The notes under the pieces are model-generated. The model saw only the letters and a program-made list of their open reading frames with translations. It made no database searches and was not told where the DNA came from. Positions 47,222 to 56,723 of a DNA stretch of 64,000 bases are shown here, piece by piece. How positions within the stretch are numbered: position 1 is the stretch's first letter; every line of letters begins with the position of its first letter. This DNA is from Candidatus Latescibacterota bacterium (lineage in GTDB: Bacteria > Latescibacterota > UBA2968 > UBA8231): NCBI GenBank assembly GCA_965221775.1, contig CBDCSU010000005.1:1120001-1184000 (forward strand), in the 5' to 3' direction. Both the position numbers and the translations under genes were made by a program.

Positions 47222-48409
47222 ATGGATCCCCTTCGCGTCGCCGCCATCTGCACCATCTACTACCCCAAGTCGCACGCCGACGTGATCGTCACCAAGTTCC
47301 TGGAGGGGGCCTCCACCGACGAGGGCTTCCGACCCTTCGACGACGTGCGCATCACCTCCGTGTACATCGACCACGTGCTGGAGAACGATGTCGGCCTCGG
47401 GCGCCTGGCGAAGCACGGGGTCCCCCATCACCCCAGCATCCGCCGCGCCCTGCACGCCGGGTCCAACGAGTTGGACGTGGACGCCGTGCTCCTCGTGGGC
47501 GAGCACGGGGACTACCCGTGGAACGAGCGCGGCCGGCACATGTACCCGCGGCGCTACTTCTTCGAGCAGATCGCCGGGGTCTTCGCCGAGAGCGGCCGCG
47601 TGGCGCCGGTCTTCAGCGACAAGCACCTGGCCTACAGCTGGGACGACGCCGCCTGGATGTGGGCCCGCAAGCAGGAGCTGGGCATCCCCCTCATGGCCGG
47701 GTCCTCCCTGCCCCTGTGCTGGCGCCGGCCGTGGTTGGAATACGACAAGGGCGTCGAGCTGGAGGAGGTCATGGCCCTCAGCTACGGATCGGTGGAGGCC
47801 TACGGTTACCACGCCCTGGAGACCATGCAGTGCATGGCCGAACGCCGCGCCGGCGGCGAGACCGGCGTCGTCTCCGTGCAGTGCCTGGAGGGCGACGATG
47901 TGTGGCGGGCCCGGGACCGCGGCGAGTGGTCCGGGGACCTGGCCGCGGCCATGCTGTCCGCCACGGAGAAGGCCCGCAGCAACGACCCCGAGGAGTACGA
48001 CGACCCCACCCTCTTCCTGGTGCGCTACGCCGACGGGCTGAAGGCATCCGTCCTGCATCTCAACGGCGTGGGCACCTTTGCCTACGCCGCGCGCCGGCGG
48101 GACGGCACCGTCGACGCCTGCGAGGCCCACACCCAGGAAGGGGGGCCCTTCGCCCACTTCGGCTACCTCACCCGCAACATCGAGCAGTTCTTCCGCACCG
48201 GCGTGCCGCCGTACCCCTGCGAGCGCACCCTGCTCATCACCGGTGTCATCGACGCCGTCATGATCTCCCGCAGCGAGGGGTGCCGCGTCGTCGACACGCC
48301 CTACCTCGACATCCGTTACGAGTCCTACGACGAGATGCCCCTGCGCCCGCGGGGTCCGCGTCCGGTGGGCGCCTGTCTCGATCCGAACGCCCCCGACATG
48401 CCCGCCTGA
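47222..48409 (+). CDS. Gfo/Idh/MocA-like oxidoreductase (hypothetical)
   Basis: VDAVLLVGEHGDYP, PVFSDKHL, MAGSSLP, YGYHALE. Confidence 0.65.
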   Translation: MDPLRVAAICTIYYPKSHADVIVTKFLEGASTDEGFRPFDDVRITSVYIDHVLENDVGLGRLAKHGVPHHPSIRRALHAGSNELDVDAVLLVGEHGDYPWNERGRHMYPRRYFFEQIAGVFAESGRVAPVFSDKHLAYSWDDAAWMWARKQELGIPLMAGSSLPLCWRRPWLEYDKGVELEEVMALSYGSVEAYGYHALETMQCMAERRAGGETGVVSVQCLEGDDVWRARDRGEWSGDLAAAMLSATEKARSNDPEEYDDPTLFLVRYADGLKASVLHLNGVGTFAYAARRRDGTVDACEAHTQEGGPFAHFGYLTRNIEQFFRTGVPPYPCERTLLITGVIDAVMISRSEGCRVVDTPYLDIRYESYDEMPLRPRGPRPVGACLDPNAPDMPA

Positions 48410-48414
48410 GCGCC

Positions 48415-49644
48415 ATGGCCCCCTATCCGACCTATCTCTTCGTCAACCCGCGGGCCCAGCCTCCGCCGGAGTACGGCCCGGCGCAGCAGGCGTTGCTGAA
48501 CCGCCAGGCCTTCGCGGATGTGGAAGCGGAGGTGACACGCTTCCCAGGGTATCGGCCGACGCCGCTCATCGCGCTGGACGGTCTCGCGTCGGCGAGCGCT
48601 GTCGACGGCCTGTGGTGCAAGCACGAAGGGCATCGGTTCGAGGTGGGCAGCTTCAAGCCGACGGGACCGGTCTACGCGATGCTGGCCGTGTTGAAGGGCG
48701 AAGTCGCGAAGGCCACCGGCGCGGAGACGGTCACCACACGGGACCTGATGGACCGGAAGCATGAATCCGTGACGAGGGAGATCACCGTCTCGGCGGCGAC
48801 ATCGGGCAATCACGGGCGGGCCCTGGCGTGGGGCGCCCGCATGTTCGGCTGCCGCTGCGTGATCTACATGAACGACGGGGTCAGCGCCGGCCGGGAAGAG
48901 GCGATCGCCGCCTACGGAGCGGAGGTGGTGCGCGTGGCGGGGAGCTACGATCGAACCGTGCAGCGCTCCTACGCGGACGCCGAGAGGCTCGGCTACTTCC
49001 CCATATCGGATGAGAAGTCCACGGAGTACCCCCACATTTCGCGCGACATCATCCAGGGTTACGCCATGGTGGCGGACGAGATCGTTCGGCAGTTCGGCGG
49101 GGGCCGGCCGCCCACGCATGTCTTCGTCCCCGGCGGCGGCGGCCGCCTGGCGGCTGCCACCTGCGGCCACTTGTGGGAGCGGTACGGGAGCAGGCATCCG
49201 CGGGTGGTCGTCGTCGAGCCGGCCAACTCCGCGTGCCTGTATCACAGCGCCCTCGACGACAGGGCCGCAACCCTCGGCGGAGACGGGCGGTCGGTGATGG
49301 ACGGACTGGTGGTCGAGGCCGCCTCGCCCCAGGCCTGGGAGATCCTGAGGGCCGGCGCCTTCGCCTTTCTCGCGATTCCCGACGAGGCCGCTGTCGATGC
49401 CATGCGGCAGGCGGCGGCCGGTGTCGGCGGCGATCCCCCGCTCGTCATCGGCGAGACGGGGATCGCGGCGTGGGCGGGATTCCTGGCCGCGATGCGTGAC
49501 GAGGAGTTGAAGCAGCAGCTTGGACTGGATTCCAGCAGCCGCGTGGTCGTCATCGCCACCGAAGGGGCCACCGATCCGGAGGTCTACCTCAACCTCGTCG
49601 GCAGGACTCCGGAAGCGGTCCTGGCGCAGGAGGACTCCGAATGA
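48415..49644 (+). CDS. dpaL: Diaminopropionate ammonia-lyase-like PLP enzyme
   Basis: YRPTPL, KHEGHRFEVGSFK, ATSGNHGRALAW, PTHVF, TEGATDPE.Y. Confidence 0.78.
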   Translation: MAPYPTYLFVNPRAQPPPEYGPAQQALLNRQAFADVEAEVTRFPGYRPTPLIALDGLASASAVDGLWCKHEGHRFEVGSFKPTGPVYAMLAVLKGEVAKATGAETVTTRDLMDRKHESVTREITVSAATSGNHGRALAWGARMFGCRCVIYMNDGVSAGREEAIAAYGAEVVRVAGSYDRTVQRSYADAERLGYFPISDEKSTEYPHISRDIIQGYAMVADEIVRQFGGGRPPTHVFVPGGGGRLAAATCGHLWERYGSRHPRVVVVEPANSACLYHSALDDRAATLGGDGRSVMDGLVVEAASPQAWEILRAGAFAFLAIPDEAAVDAMRQAAAGVGGDPPLVIGETGIAAWAGFLAAMRDEELKQQLGLDSSSRVVVIATEGATDPEVYLNLVGRTPEAVLAQEDSE

Positions 49645-51008
49645 GTGATCCAGCTCTCCAGGGCCTGATCCCGGAGATCGAGCGCCTGGCGCAGACCAAG
49701 GTCGCCAGGCACAGACTCCCCGGCATGGCCCTCGGCATCGTCCGCGGCCAGGAGCTGGCCTGGTTCGGCGGGTTCGGCGCGGCCGATCTCGACTCGGGCG
49801 CAACGCCCACGGAGGAGACGATCGCCCGCGTCGCTTCCGTCACCAAGACCTTCACCGCCACGGCGATCCTGCAGTTGCGGGACCAGGGGCGGCTCACGTT
49901 GGAGGACCCGCTGGCGCGGCACGTCCCCGAGTTCGCCTCGGCCCGCGCCGTCCGCGGCGACGTGGAAGGCGTGACCCTCCGGCGGCTGCTGACCCACCGC
50001 TCGGGGCTGGTCACCGAGTCGCCGACCCACGGCTGGGCCGCCCTCGACTTCCCGAGCCGGGAGGAGATTCTGGCGAAGCTGCCGGAGACGGGGATCGTCA
50101 TCCCCCAGGACTCCGCCTTCAAGTACTCGAACCTCGCCTTCGGCTTGCTCGGCGAGGTCGTCTACCGGGTCACCGGCACGCCCTACACGGAGTACGTCCA
50201 CACCCACATCATCGATCCCCTCGGCCTGACCTCCACCGTCTTCGACCTCACCGACGAACTGCGCCCCCGCTTCTTCACCGGCTACAACCCGTCCCCCTGG
50301 CAGGACCGCCCCGAGCGCGCCCCCTATGCACACCTGAAGGGGATCTCGGCGGGGGGCCAGCTGCACTCCACCGTGAGCGACCTGGCGAAATGGGTGTCGT
50401 TCCAGTTCCGCGGCGACGCGCAGGTGCTCAGGGCCGAGACCCTGCGGGAGATCCAGCGCCCCCAGTACGTCGAGCCGGACTGGTCGGCGGGACAGTGCAT
50501 CGGCTGGCGCGCCACCCGCATCGGCGACCGCGTCCATCACAATCACGGCGGCGGCATCCACGGCTTCGCGACGCAGGTGTGGTACAACATTCCGGGCAGG
50601 ACGGGCGTGGTTCTTCTCATCAACATGTGGCCTCCCCACGGCGGCCTGGAGACGGCGCAGGAGGTTCTGGAGATGGTGCTGCAGGCCGACGAGGCGGCGC
50701 CGTCCGCACCCGAACCGCCGAGGCTCGAGCCGACGCCGGAGGCATTGCGGCGTTTCGTCGGGTACTACCGCGCCGAACCCGGAATCGACGTGAACATCGA
50801 GTGGCGCGACGGCGCCCTGCGGCTGGTCCCCCACGGTGGGTCCGCACTCTCGCTGCATGCCCCGGCGATCCTCGAAGCGACGGACCAGGAGCAGGAGTGG
50901 GTGGTCCGCGGGGGCCGCGCCGCCGGAGAGACGGCCCTCTTCACGTTGGATGAGGACCGGGTCGTCAGCTATGAGTTGGGAGCTCTCGTGTTCAGGAAGC
51001 TGGTGTGA
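49641..51008 (+). CDS. Serine hydrolase, beta-lactamase class C-like
   Basis: ASVTK (SxxK), LLTHRSGL, YSN, HGGG. Confidence 0.9.
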   Translation: MSDPALQGLIPEIERLAQTKVARHRLPGMALGIVRGQELAWFGGFGAADLDSGATPTEETIARVASVTKTFTATAILQLRDQGRLTLEDPLARHVPEFASARAVRGDVEGVTLRRLLTHRSGLVTESPTHGWAALDFPSREEILAKLPETGIVIPQDSAFKYSNLAFGLLGEVVYRVTGTPYTEYVHTHIIDPLGLTSTVFDLTDELRPRFFTGYNPSPWQDRPERAPYAHLKGISAGGQLHSTVSDLAKWVSFQFRGDAQVLRAETLREIQRPQYVEPDWSAGQCIGWRATRIGDRVHHNHGGGIHGFATQVWYNIPGRTGVVLLINMWPPHGGLETAQEVLEMVLQADEAAPSAPEPPRLEPTPEALRRFVGYYRAEPGIDVNIEWRDGALRLVPHGGSALSLHAPAILEATDQEQEWVVRGGRAAGETALFTLDEDRVVSYELGALVFRKLV

Positions 51009-52045
51009 GGACCTTCCGGCTGTGGGCGGGCGGGGATGCGCACGTGGGCACGGACTTGGCCCGCGGCCATCGCCGCAGCCTTGCGGAGGCGATCCTGCAA
51101 GCCGAGCGGGGCGGCGCCGAGGGCGGTCCCCCCTTCGAGTGGGACATCATGCTCGACATCGGGGACCTGTCGGGTTCGCAGACGCCGCCGGATGACGAGG
51201 AGGGGGAAGAGGTGGTGCGGCAGTACGGCGCGTCGACCCTGCATCCCAGGGAGGACTTCTACAACATCGTCGGCAACCACGACGCCAGCGGCCCGGACGA
51301 GCCGTGCCAGTGGTGGTTCCGCAAGTGGGTGGATCCCACCGGGGAGCACACCGGGCATTCAGGCGTTCACGCCCACCGGAGGCCCTGGCCGGTGGAGGGG
51401 ACCTGGGAGCGGTACTCCTTCCAGGTGGGGAACATCCTCTTCCTGGCCATGGGCGACCGCAACGACGGCGGGCCCCCGGTGGGGCGGGGCGAGAGAGGCG
51501 GGTACCCCGCGGGCGCGGTGACGCGGGAGACCTTCGAGTGGTGGCGAGAGAAGGTCGAGCAGAACCAGGACAAGATCATCGTGACCGCTCACCACCACAT
51601 GCTGAGGGAGACGACCGTCGCCTCCGGCCCCTGGGAGGGGGTCGACGGCGGCTACCACGGCCGCTTCGAGGACGGGGCCCCCATGGGCGCGTCGTATCTC
51701 CACTTTGTCGGGGGAGAGCCCGACGCGGGGGCCTTCGAGTCCTACCTAGAGGCGAACCCGGGCGCCATCGACCTCTGGCTGGGAGGGCATACCCACACGA
51801 ACCCGGACGACACACACGGCGGGCGGTCCCACGTGGAGCGGAAGTGGGGCGTGACCTTCGTGAATGTGTCAGCCATATCGAGATACCACGGACGGAGGAA
51901 CATCTCCATGAGCCGGCTGCTGACGTTTTCGGAAGGAGCGGCGGAGGTCGACATCAAGTGCTACCTCCACATGAGCGACTACGCGCCCCAGGGGTGGTAC
52001 GACAAGGCGGAGAGGACGGCGCCGCTGAGGATGCCGTTCTCATGA
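51005..52045 (+). CDS. Calcineurin-like metallophosphoesterase
   Basis: DAH, GD, GNHD, GHTH. Confidence 0.82.
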   Translation: MRTFRLWAGGDAHVGTDLARGHRRSLAEAILQAERGGAEGGPPFEWDIMLDIGDLSGSQTPPDDEEGEEVVRQYGASTLHPREDFYNIVGNHDASGPDEPCQWWFRKWVDPTGEHTGHSGVHAHRRPWPVEGTWERYSFQVGNILFLAMGDRNDGGPPVGRGERGGYPAGAVTRETFEWWREKVEQNQDKIIVTAHHHMLRETTVASGPWEGVDGGYHGRFEDGAPMGASYLHFVGGEPDAGAFESYLEANPGAIDLWLGGHTHTNPDDTHGGRSHVERKWGVTFVNVSAISRYHGRRNISMSRLLTFSEGAAEVDIKCYLHMSDYAPQGWYDKAERTAPLRMPFS

Positions 52046-53004
52046 CCTTCGAGATTGAAGGACGGGACAAGGTGGGGCCGATCCGGTTGGCCATCGACGC
52101 CGACAACCAGTTCGAGGGCGGGGGGCGGTGGCTCCGGGGCGGCCTGCACAGCCACGTGGCGCAGATGGGCGAACCGGAAGCGGTCTGCGACCACTATCGA
52201 GGATTGGGCTTCGACTTCCTCGCCACCACGGACTACCTCAGCATCACGCCCATGCCCGAGGCGACGGAGTCGTTCTTCACGATTCCGGGAGCGGAGGTGT
52301 TCTGGCCGGAATACGACGACCTGATGCACATCATCTGCCTCGGCCTGCAAGAGGTGCCGCGGCCCCTCGACGGCACGGTGGAGGACGTGGCCCGGCTGGC
52401 GCGCGACACCGAGGCGCAGGGCGGTCTGGCCACGCTCCCCCACCCGGCCTGGAGCGATTACACCTGGGAGAAGGCCCTCACCCTGGCCCGTTCCGGCCTA
52501 TCGGGTTTCGAGCTGAGCAACCGGCTGGCGTGGCAGATCAACGGCAAGGAGCGGGCCGAGGAGTTGTGGCAGATGCTCCTCAACGCCGGGGCCCGGCTGC
52601 CCGCCATCGGCGTGGACGATGCCACCGTGCTGGAGGACGCGGCGGTGACGGGACAGACCTGGACCGGCGCGCTGGTCCGCCGCCCCGGGGCGGAGGGAGT
52701 CCTGGAGGCGATCCGGGCCCACCGCACCTACGCCAGCGAGGGGCCGGAGATCCGCGGCATCCGCATGGAGCCGCGGGGAGCGATCGTCGTGGAGTGCAGT
52801 CCGTGCACGGCGTGCCACGTCCGTTCCATCGGTTTCGGGGTCCGCAGCGTCCAGTCGAAGACGCCGGCGGAGCGCTTCGAGGTCGATCTGACCGTGGACG
52901 GCTACCGCATGCAGGACTGGGTCTTCGTCTGCCTGGAGCAGGAGAACGGGCGCCGGGCCTGGAGCAGCGCCATCCCCGTCCGTGTAGAGATCACGCGTCT
53001 GTAG
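52042..53004 (+). CDS. PHP-like (CehA/McbA-type) metallohydrolase
   Basis: WLRGGLHSH, DFLATTD, PHP, AIRAHRTYASEGP; some metal ligands substituted. Confidence 0.7.
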   Translation: MTFEIEGRDKVGPIRLAIDADNQFEGGGRWLRGGLHSHVAQMGEPEAVCDHYRGLGFDFLATTDYLSITPMPEATESFFTIPGAEVFWPEYDDLMHIICLGLQEVPRPLDGTVEDVARLARDTEAQGGLATLPHPAWSDYTWEKALTLARSGLSGFELSNRLAWQINGKERAEELWQMLLNAGARLPAIGVDDATVLEDAAVTGQTWTGALVRRPGAEGVLEAIRAHRTYASEGPEIRGIRMEPRGAIVVECSPCTACHVRSIGFGVRSVQSKTPAERFEVDLTVDGYRMQDWVFVCLEQENGRRAWSSAIPVRVEITRL

Positions 53005-53012
53005 GAGGAGCG

Positions 53013-53717
53013 ATGGTTGTCAACGTGGCCCACCGGGGGGCGTCGGGAAGCTACCCCGAGAACACGCTGCTCGCATTCCGGAAGGCGGTGGAGATCGGTG
53101 CCGACGAGATCGAGCTCGACCTCCACTCGACGAAGGACGGCCACCTGGTCGTCATGCACGATGGCACCGTGGATCGAACGACCGACGGCACGGGGGCGAT
53201 CGGAGAGATGACACTGGCCGAGATCAGGGCCCTCGATGCCGGGAAGGGCGAGCGTGTGCCCACGTGGGAGGAAGTGTTGGACCTCGTGCAAGGCAAGGTC
53301 GGACTGAATGTCCACCTGAAGGAGGGGGGCGATCCGGACGGCACCTACGAGGGCAAGGTCGCAGGGCCGCTGCGCGATTTCGGGATGGTGGAGAGTTCCG
53401 TCGTGACCTGCAGGGACGAGAGCGTGGGGATCTTCGCCGCGATCGACCCGCGGATCGAGTGCCGGATCTTCCGTGCCAACCGCACGCCGGAGGAGTACAT
53501 CCACAAGTCGGTGGAGATGGGGCTGCGGACGATGCAGCCGGGGCGGGACATCACGACCCGGGAGTTCGTCGAGAAGGCCCACGCGGCGGGACGGATGGTG
53601 CACGTCTTCTATGCAGACACCCCCGAGGACATGCGCGCCTTCATCGTCATCGGCGTCGACGGGATCCTGACGAACTACCCGGAGCGCCTGAAGGCGGTTC
53701 TGGCGGAGGCCGAGTAG
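53013..53717 (+). CDS. Glycerophosphodiester phosphodiesterase family protein
   Basis: AHRGASGSYPENT, IELD, VMHD, GVDGILTNYP. Confidence 0.92.
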   Translation: MVVNVAHRGASGSYPENTLLAFRKAVEIGADEIELDLHSTKDGHLVVMHDGTVDRTTDGTGAIGEMTLAEIRALDAGKGERVPTWEEVLDLVQGKVGLNVHLKEGGDPDGTYEGKVAGPLRDFGMVESSVVTCRDESVGIFAAIDPRIECRIFRANRTPEEYIHKSVEMGLRTMQPGRDITTREFVEKAHAAGRMVHVFYADTPEDMRAFIVIGVDGILTNYPERLKAVLAEAE

Positions 53718-53725
53718 CCGATCCC

Positions 53726-54769
53726 TTATCTCACCAGCTGCCAACCCGAGGCGTCAGCGGTCAGCGCGGTGTGCCCCTTGTGCTGGTCGGAGATCCGGTG
53801 CATCTCCTCGATCGTGTCGAACCAGCCGACGATGTGCGCGGCACTGAAGGAGTCCCCCGCCTTCACCGGCTCTCCGTGAATCTCCTCGATCATGACGATG
53901 ATGCCTCCGGGCCGCTGGCTGCACCAGGCCTCGTAGACCACCGATGGCTCGAGGGTCATCCCCGCCAGCCAGGGACCCTGCTCGCCCGTCCGCTTGTCCC
54001 GCGGTCGGTAGGCGCGGATGAAGTGCTCCGGCGTCGCGTTCAGGTCCCGCCGATAGCCGAACTTCAGGTCCGGCGGAAAGGGGGTGAGGAACTCGCTGGA
54101 GGGGATGCGCACTCCCTTGGGGCCGCCCAGGTAGCTGAGGAAGATCTCGCTGAAGGAATCCCCCTTCTCGTGGCGGACACAGCCCGGCATGTCCCCGCGG
54201 AGGAACATCTCCGGCGAGTCGTTGACGCTGTCGATCCGGTCCATGAGGACGAAGAACCGCTCCCCCCGGGGGAAGACGATCCGCTGCGTCCAGCGCGATC
54301 CGGCCTGGCGTCCGGGGGCGGCGTACTCGAACCGGTACGTGGTGGTGACCGCCACGAAGTCCGCCCCCTGGATCACCTCCGGCTGGACGGGCTTCATCCG
54401 GTGGCAGAGCTGCGGCCCCTCGACCATGCGCTTGCGGTGGCTGCTGCCGTGAGACATGCGGGTGTAGTACCGCCGCTCCGGGTCGGTCTCGTTCTCGTAC
54501 CACGAGTACCGGCCCACACCCTCCCCGTCCGGCGCGACCACCCGGTCGCCGTACTCCTCGTCGCTGCCCGCTTCCATCAGCCAGTCGACGACCATCAGGC
54601 CATCGCCGATCTCCCGGAAACCGGTGGCCTTGTCGAGGAACGATCCCTTCTCGATTCCGGTCATCCAGTGCCCGGGGTCTTTCTTCGGGATGACCGCCTC
54701 GAGTCTGTCGGTCTCGACCTTGATGGCGAGATCGCTCTCTTCCACGCTCGCCCATGCGGTCTGCTGCAT
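53726..54769 (-). CDS. Conserved hypothetical protein
   Basis: 347 aa ORF with coding-like codon usage and RBS GGAGGAG. Confidence 0.7.
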   Translation of the reverse strand: MQQTAWASVEESDLAIKVETDRLEAVIPKKDPGHWMTGIEKGSFLDKATGFREIGDGLMVVDWLMEAGSDEEYGDRVVAPDGEGVGRYSWYENETDPERRYYTRMSHGSSHRKRMVEGPQLCHRMKPVQPEVIQGADFVAVTTTYRFEYAAPGRQAGSRWTQRIVFPRGERFFVLMDRIDSVNDSPEMFLRGDMPGCVRHEKGDSFSEIFLSYLGGPKGVRIPSSEFLTPFPPDLKFGYRRDLNATPEHFIRAYRPRDKRTGEQGPWLAGMTLEPSVVYEAWCSQRPGGIIVMIEEIHGEPVKAGDSFSAAHIVGWFDTIEEMHRISDQHKGHTALTADASGWQLVR

Positions 54770-54782
54770 TGACTACTCCTCC

Positions 54783-56723
54783 ATGAGTGGCTTCACGATT
54801 CCTTGCCTCGCGGCGCTGCTGCTCCTGGCCCCCGGCGCCACCCCGGGCTGGGAGTGGTCCTCGTACGCCGCCGACCCCGCCAGCACCCGCTTCGCGCCCC
54901 TGTCGCAGATCGACGGCGGCAACTTCCACCAGCTGCGGGAGGCCTGGCGGTACACGGCGCCCGACCTGGCGATCTCCGAGGCCGAGGGCTTCGGGCCGTG
55001 GTGGAACAAGGGCACCCCCCTGGTGGCCGACGGCGTCCTCTACTACGGCTCCCCCTTCAACGTACTCTGCGCCGTCGACCCGGCCAGCGGCCAGGAGCTG
55101 TGGACCTTCGACCCCCGGGCCTGGGAGGACGAGGGCTACAGGGGCACCTCCCGGGGAGTCGCGTACTGGCGCAGCGGCTCGCTGAAGCGGGTGTTCTACG
55201 GCACCGCCAGCGACCGCCTCTACTCGATCGACGCCGGGACCGGCCGACCCGACACGGCCTTCGGCGAGGGCGGCTTCGTCGACCTGGGGGAAGGCCTGCG
55301 GCGCCCCATCGACCGCGAGCGCTACTGCGTCACCTCCCCGCCCATCGTCTGTCGCGGCGTGGTGGTGGTCGGCGCCGGCATCGTCGACTGGCACGGTGAG
55401 CCCCCCGAGGAGTACTCCACCCCGGGCGACGTGCGCGGCTTCGACGCCCGCACCGGCGAGCAACTCTGGGTCTTCCACACGGTGCCGCAGGACGGAGAGG
55501 ACGGCAACGAGACCTGGGAGAACGAGGCCTGGCGGAACTTCGGGCAGGCCAACGTGTGGTCGGCCATGAGCGCCGACGAGGAGCTGGGCTACGTCTACCT
55601 GCCGACGAGCGCGGCGACCCACAACTACTACGGCGGCGACCGCCCCGGGGCCAACCTCTTCAGCCAGAGCCTGGTCTGCGTGAAGGCCGCTACCGGGGAA
55701 CGCGTCTGGCACTACCAGTTCGTGCACCACGGCCTCTGGAACTACGACCTGTCGGCGCCGCCGGTGCTGGCCGACATCACGGTCGACGGCCGCACGGTCA
55801 AGGCCCTGGCTCAGGTGAGCAAGCAGGCCTTCTGCTACGTCCTCGACCGCACCACGGGGGAGCCGGTCTGGCCCATCGAGGAGCGCCCGGTGCCGGTGTC
55901 GAAGGCCCCGGGCGAGAGGAGCTGGCCCACCCAGCCTTTCCCCACGAGGCCGGCGCCCTACGACCGCCAGGGCCTGCAGGAGGAGGATCTCATCGACTTC
56001 ACCCCGGAGCTGAGGCGCCAGGCCCTGGACCATCTCCGCCGGTTCGAGCACGGGCCCCTGTTCACCCCGCCCACCGAGTGGGGCACTCTGGTCCTGCCCG
56101 GCACCCAGGGCGCCACCGACTGGAACGGAGCGGCCCTGGTGCCGGGAGCGAACGTGCTCTACGTGCCCTCACGCACCGAGCCCGACGTCGTCTGGGTGGA
56201 GAAGGTGGGGATTCTGGACGCCATCATGGATTGGTCCCGCGCCTCGGACTACGCCAGCTTCAAGCGCGACTACCCCTTCGTCGACGGCCTGCCCTTGGTG
56301 AAGCCTCCCTACGGCCGCGTCACCGCCATCGACCTCGACACCGGCGAGCACCTCTGGATGAGCCCGGTGGGCCGCGGCCCCGTCAACCATCCGGCCCTGC
56401 GCGGCCTCGACCTGCCGCCCCTCGGCTGGTTCGACCGCAGCTTTCCCCTGGCCACGGAGACGGTGCTGGTCCTGGCCACCGGGTGGGCTCGCGGGCTGAC
56501 ACACCCGGGCGCCGAGGCCTTCGTCGACCTGGGGCCCCGCCTGCGCGCCTTCGACCTGGAGACGGGAGCGGTCCTGGCGGAGGTGAGGCTCCGCGACCAA
56601 CCCGGGGGGAACCCCATCAGCTACGTGGTGGACGGCCGCCAGTACCTGGTCATCCCCATCAACAGCGACGACTCCTGGGCGCCGCAGTTGCTGGCCCTGG
56701 CGCTGCCGGAGGCCGGACCGTGA
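54783..56723 (+). CDS. PQQ-dependent (glucose/quinate-type) dehydrogenase, paralog 1
   Basis: TRFAPLSQI, SRGVAYW, TSPP, GDVRGFD, WHYQFVHHGLWNYD, KPPYG. Confidence 0.88.
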   Translation: MSGFTIPCLAALLLLAPGATPGWEWSSYAADPASTRFAPLSQIDGGNFHQLREAWRYTAPDLAISEAEGFGPWWNKGTPLVADGVLYYGSPFNVLCAVDPASGQELWTFDPRAWEDEGYRGTSRGVAYWRSGSLKRVFYGTASDRLYSIDAGTGRPDTAFGEGGFVDLGEGLRRPIDRERYCVTSPPIVCRGVVVVGAGIVDWHGEPPEEYSTPGDVRGFDARTGEQLWVFHTVPQDGEDGNETWENEAWRNFGQANVWSAMSADEELGYVYLPTSAATHNYYGGDRPGANLFSQSLVCVKAATGERVWHYQFVHHGLWNYDLSAPPVLADITVDGRTVKALAQVSKQAFCYVLDRTTGEPVWPIEERPVPVSKAPGERSWPTQPFPTRPAPYDRQGLQEEDLIDFTPELRRQALDHLRRFEHGPLFTPPTEWGTLVLPGTQGATDWNGAALVPGANVLYVPSRTEPDVVWVEKVGILDAIMDWSRASDYASFKRDYPFVDGLPLVKPPYGRVTAIDLDTGEHLWMSPVGRGPVNHPALRGLDLPPLGWFDRSFPLATETVLVLATGWARGLTHPGAEAFVDLGPRLRAFDLETGAVLAEVRLRDQPGGNPISYVVDGRQYLVIPINSDDSWAPQLLALALPEAGP

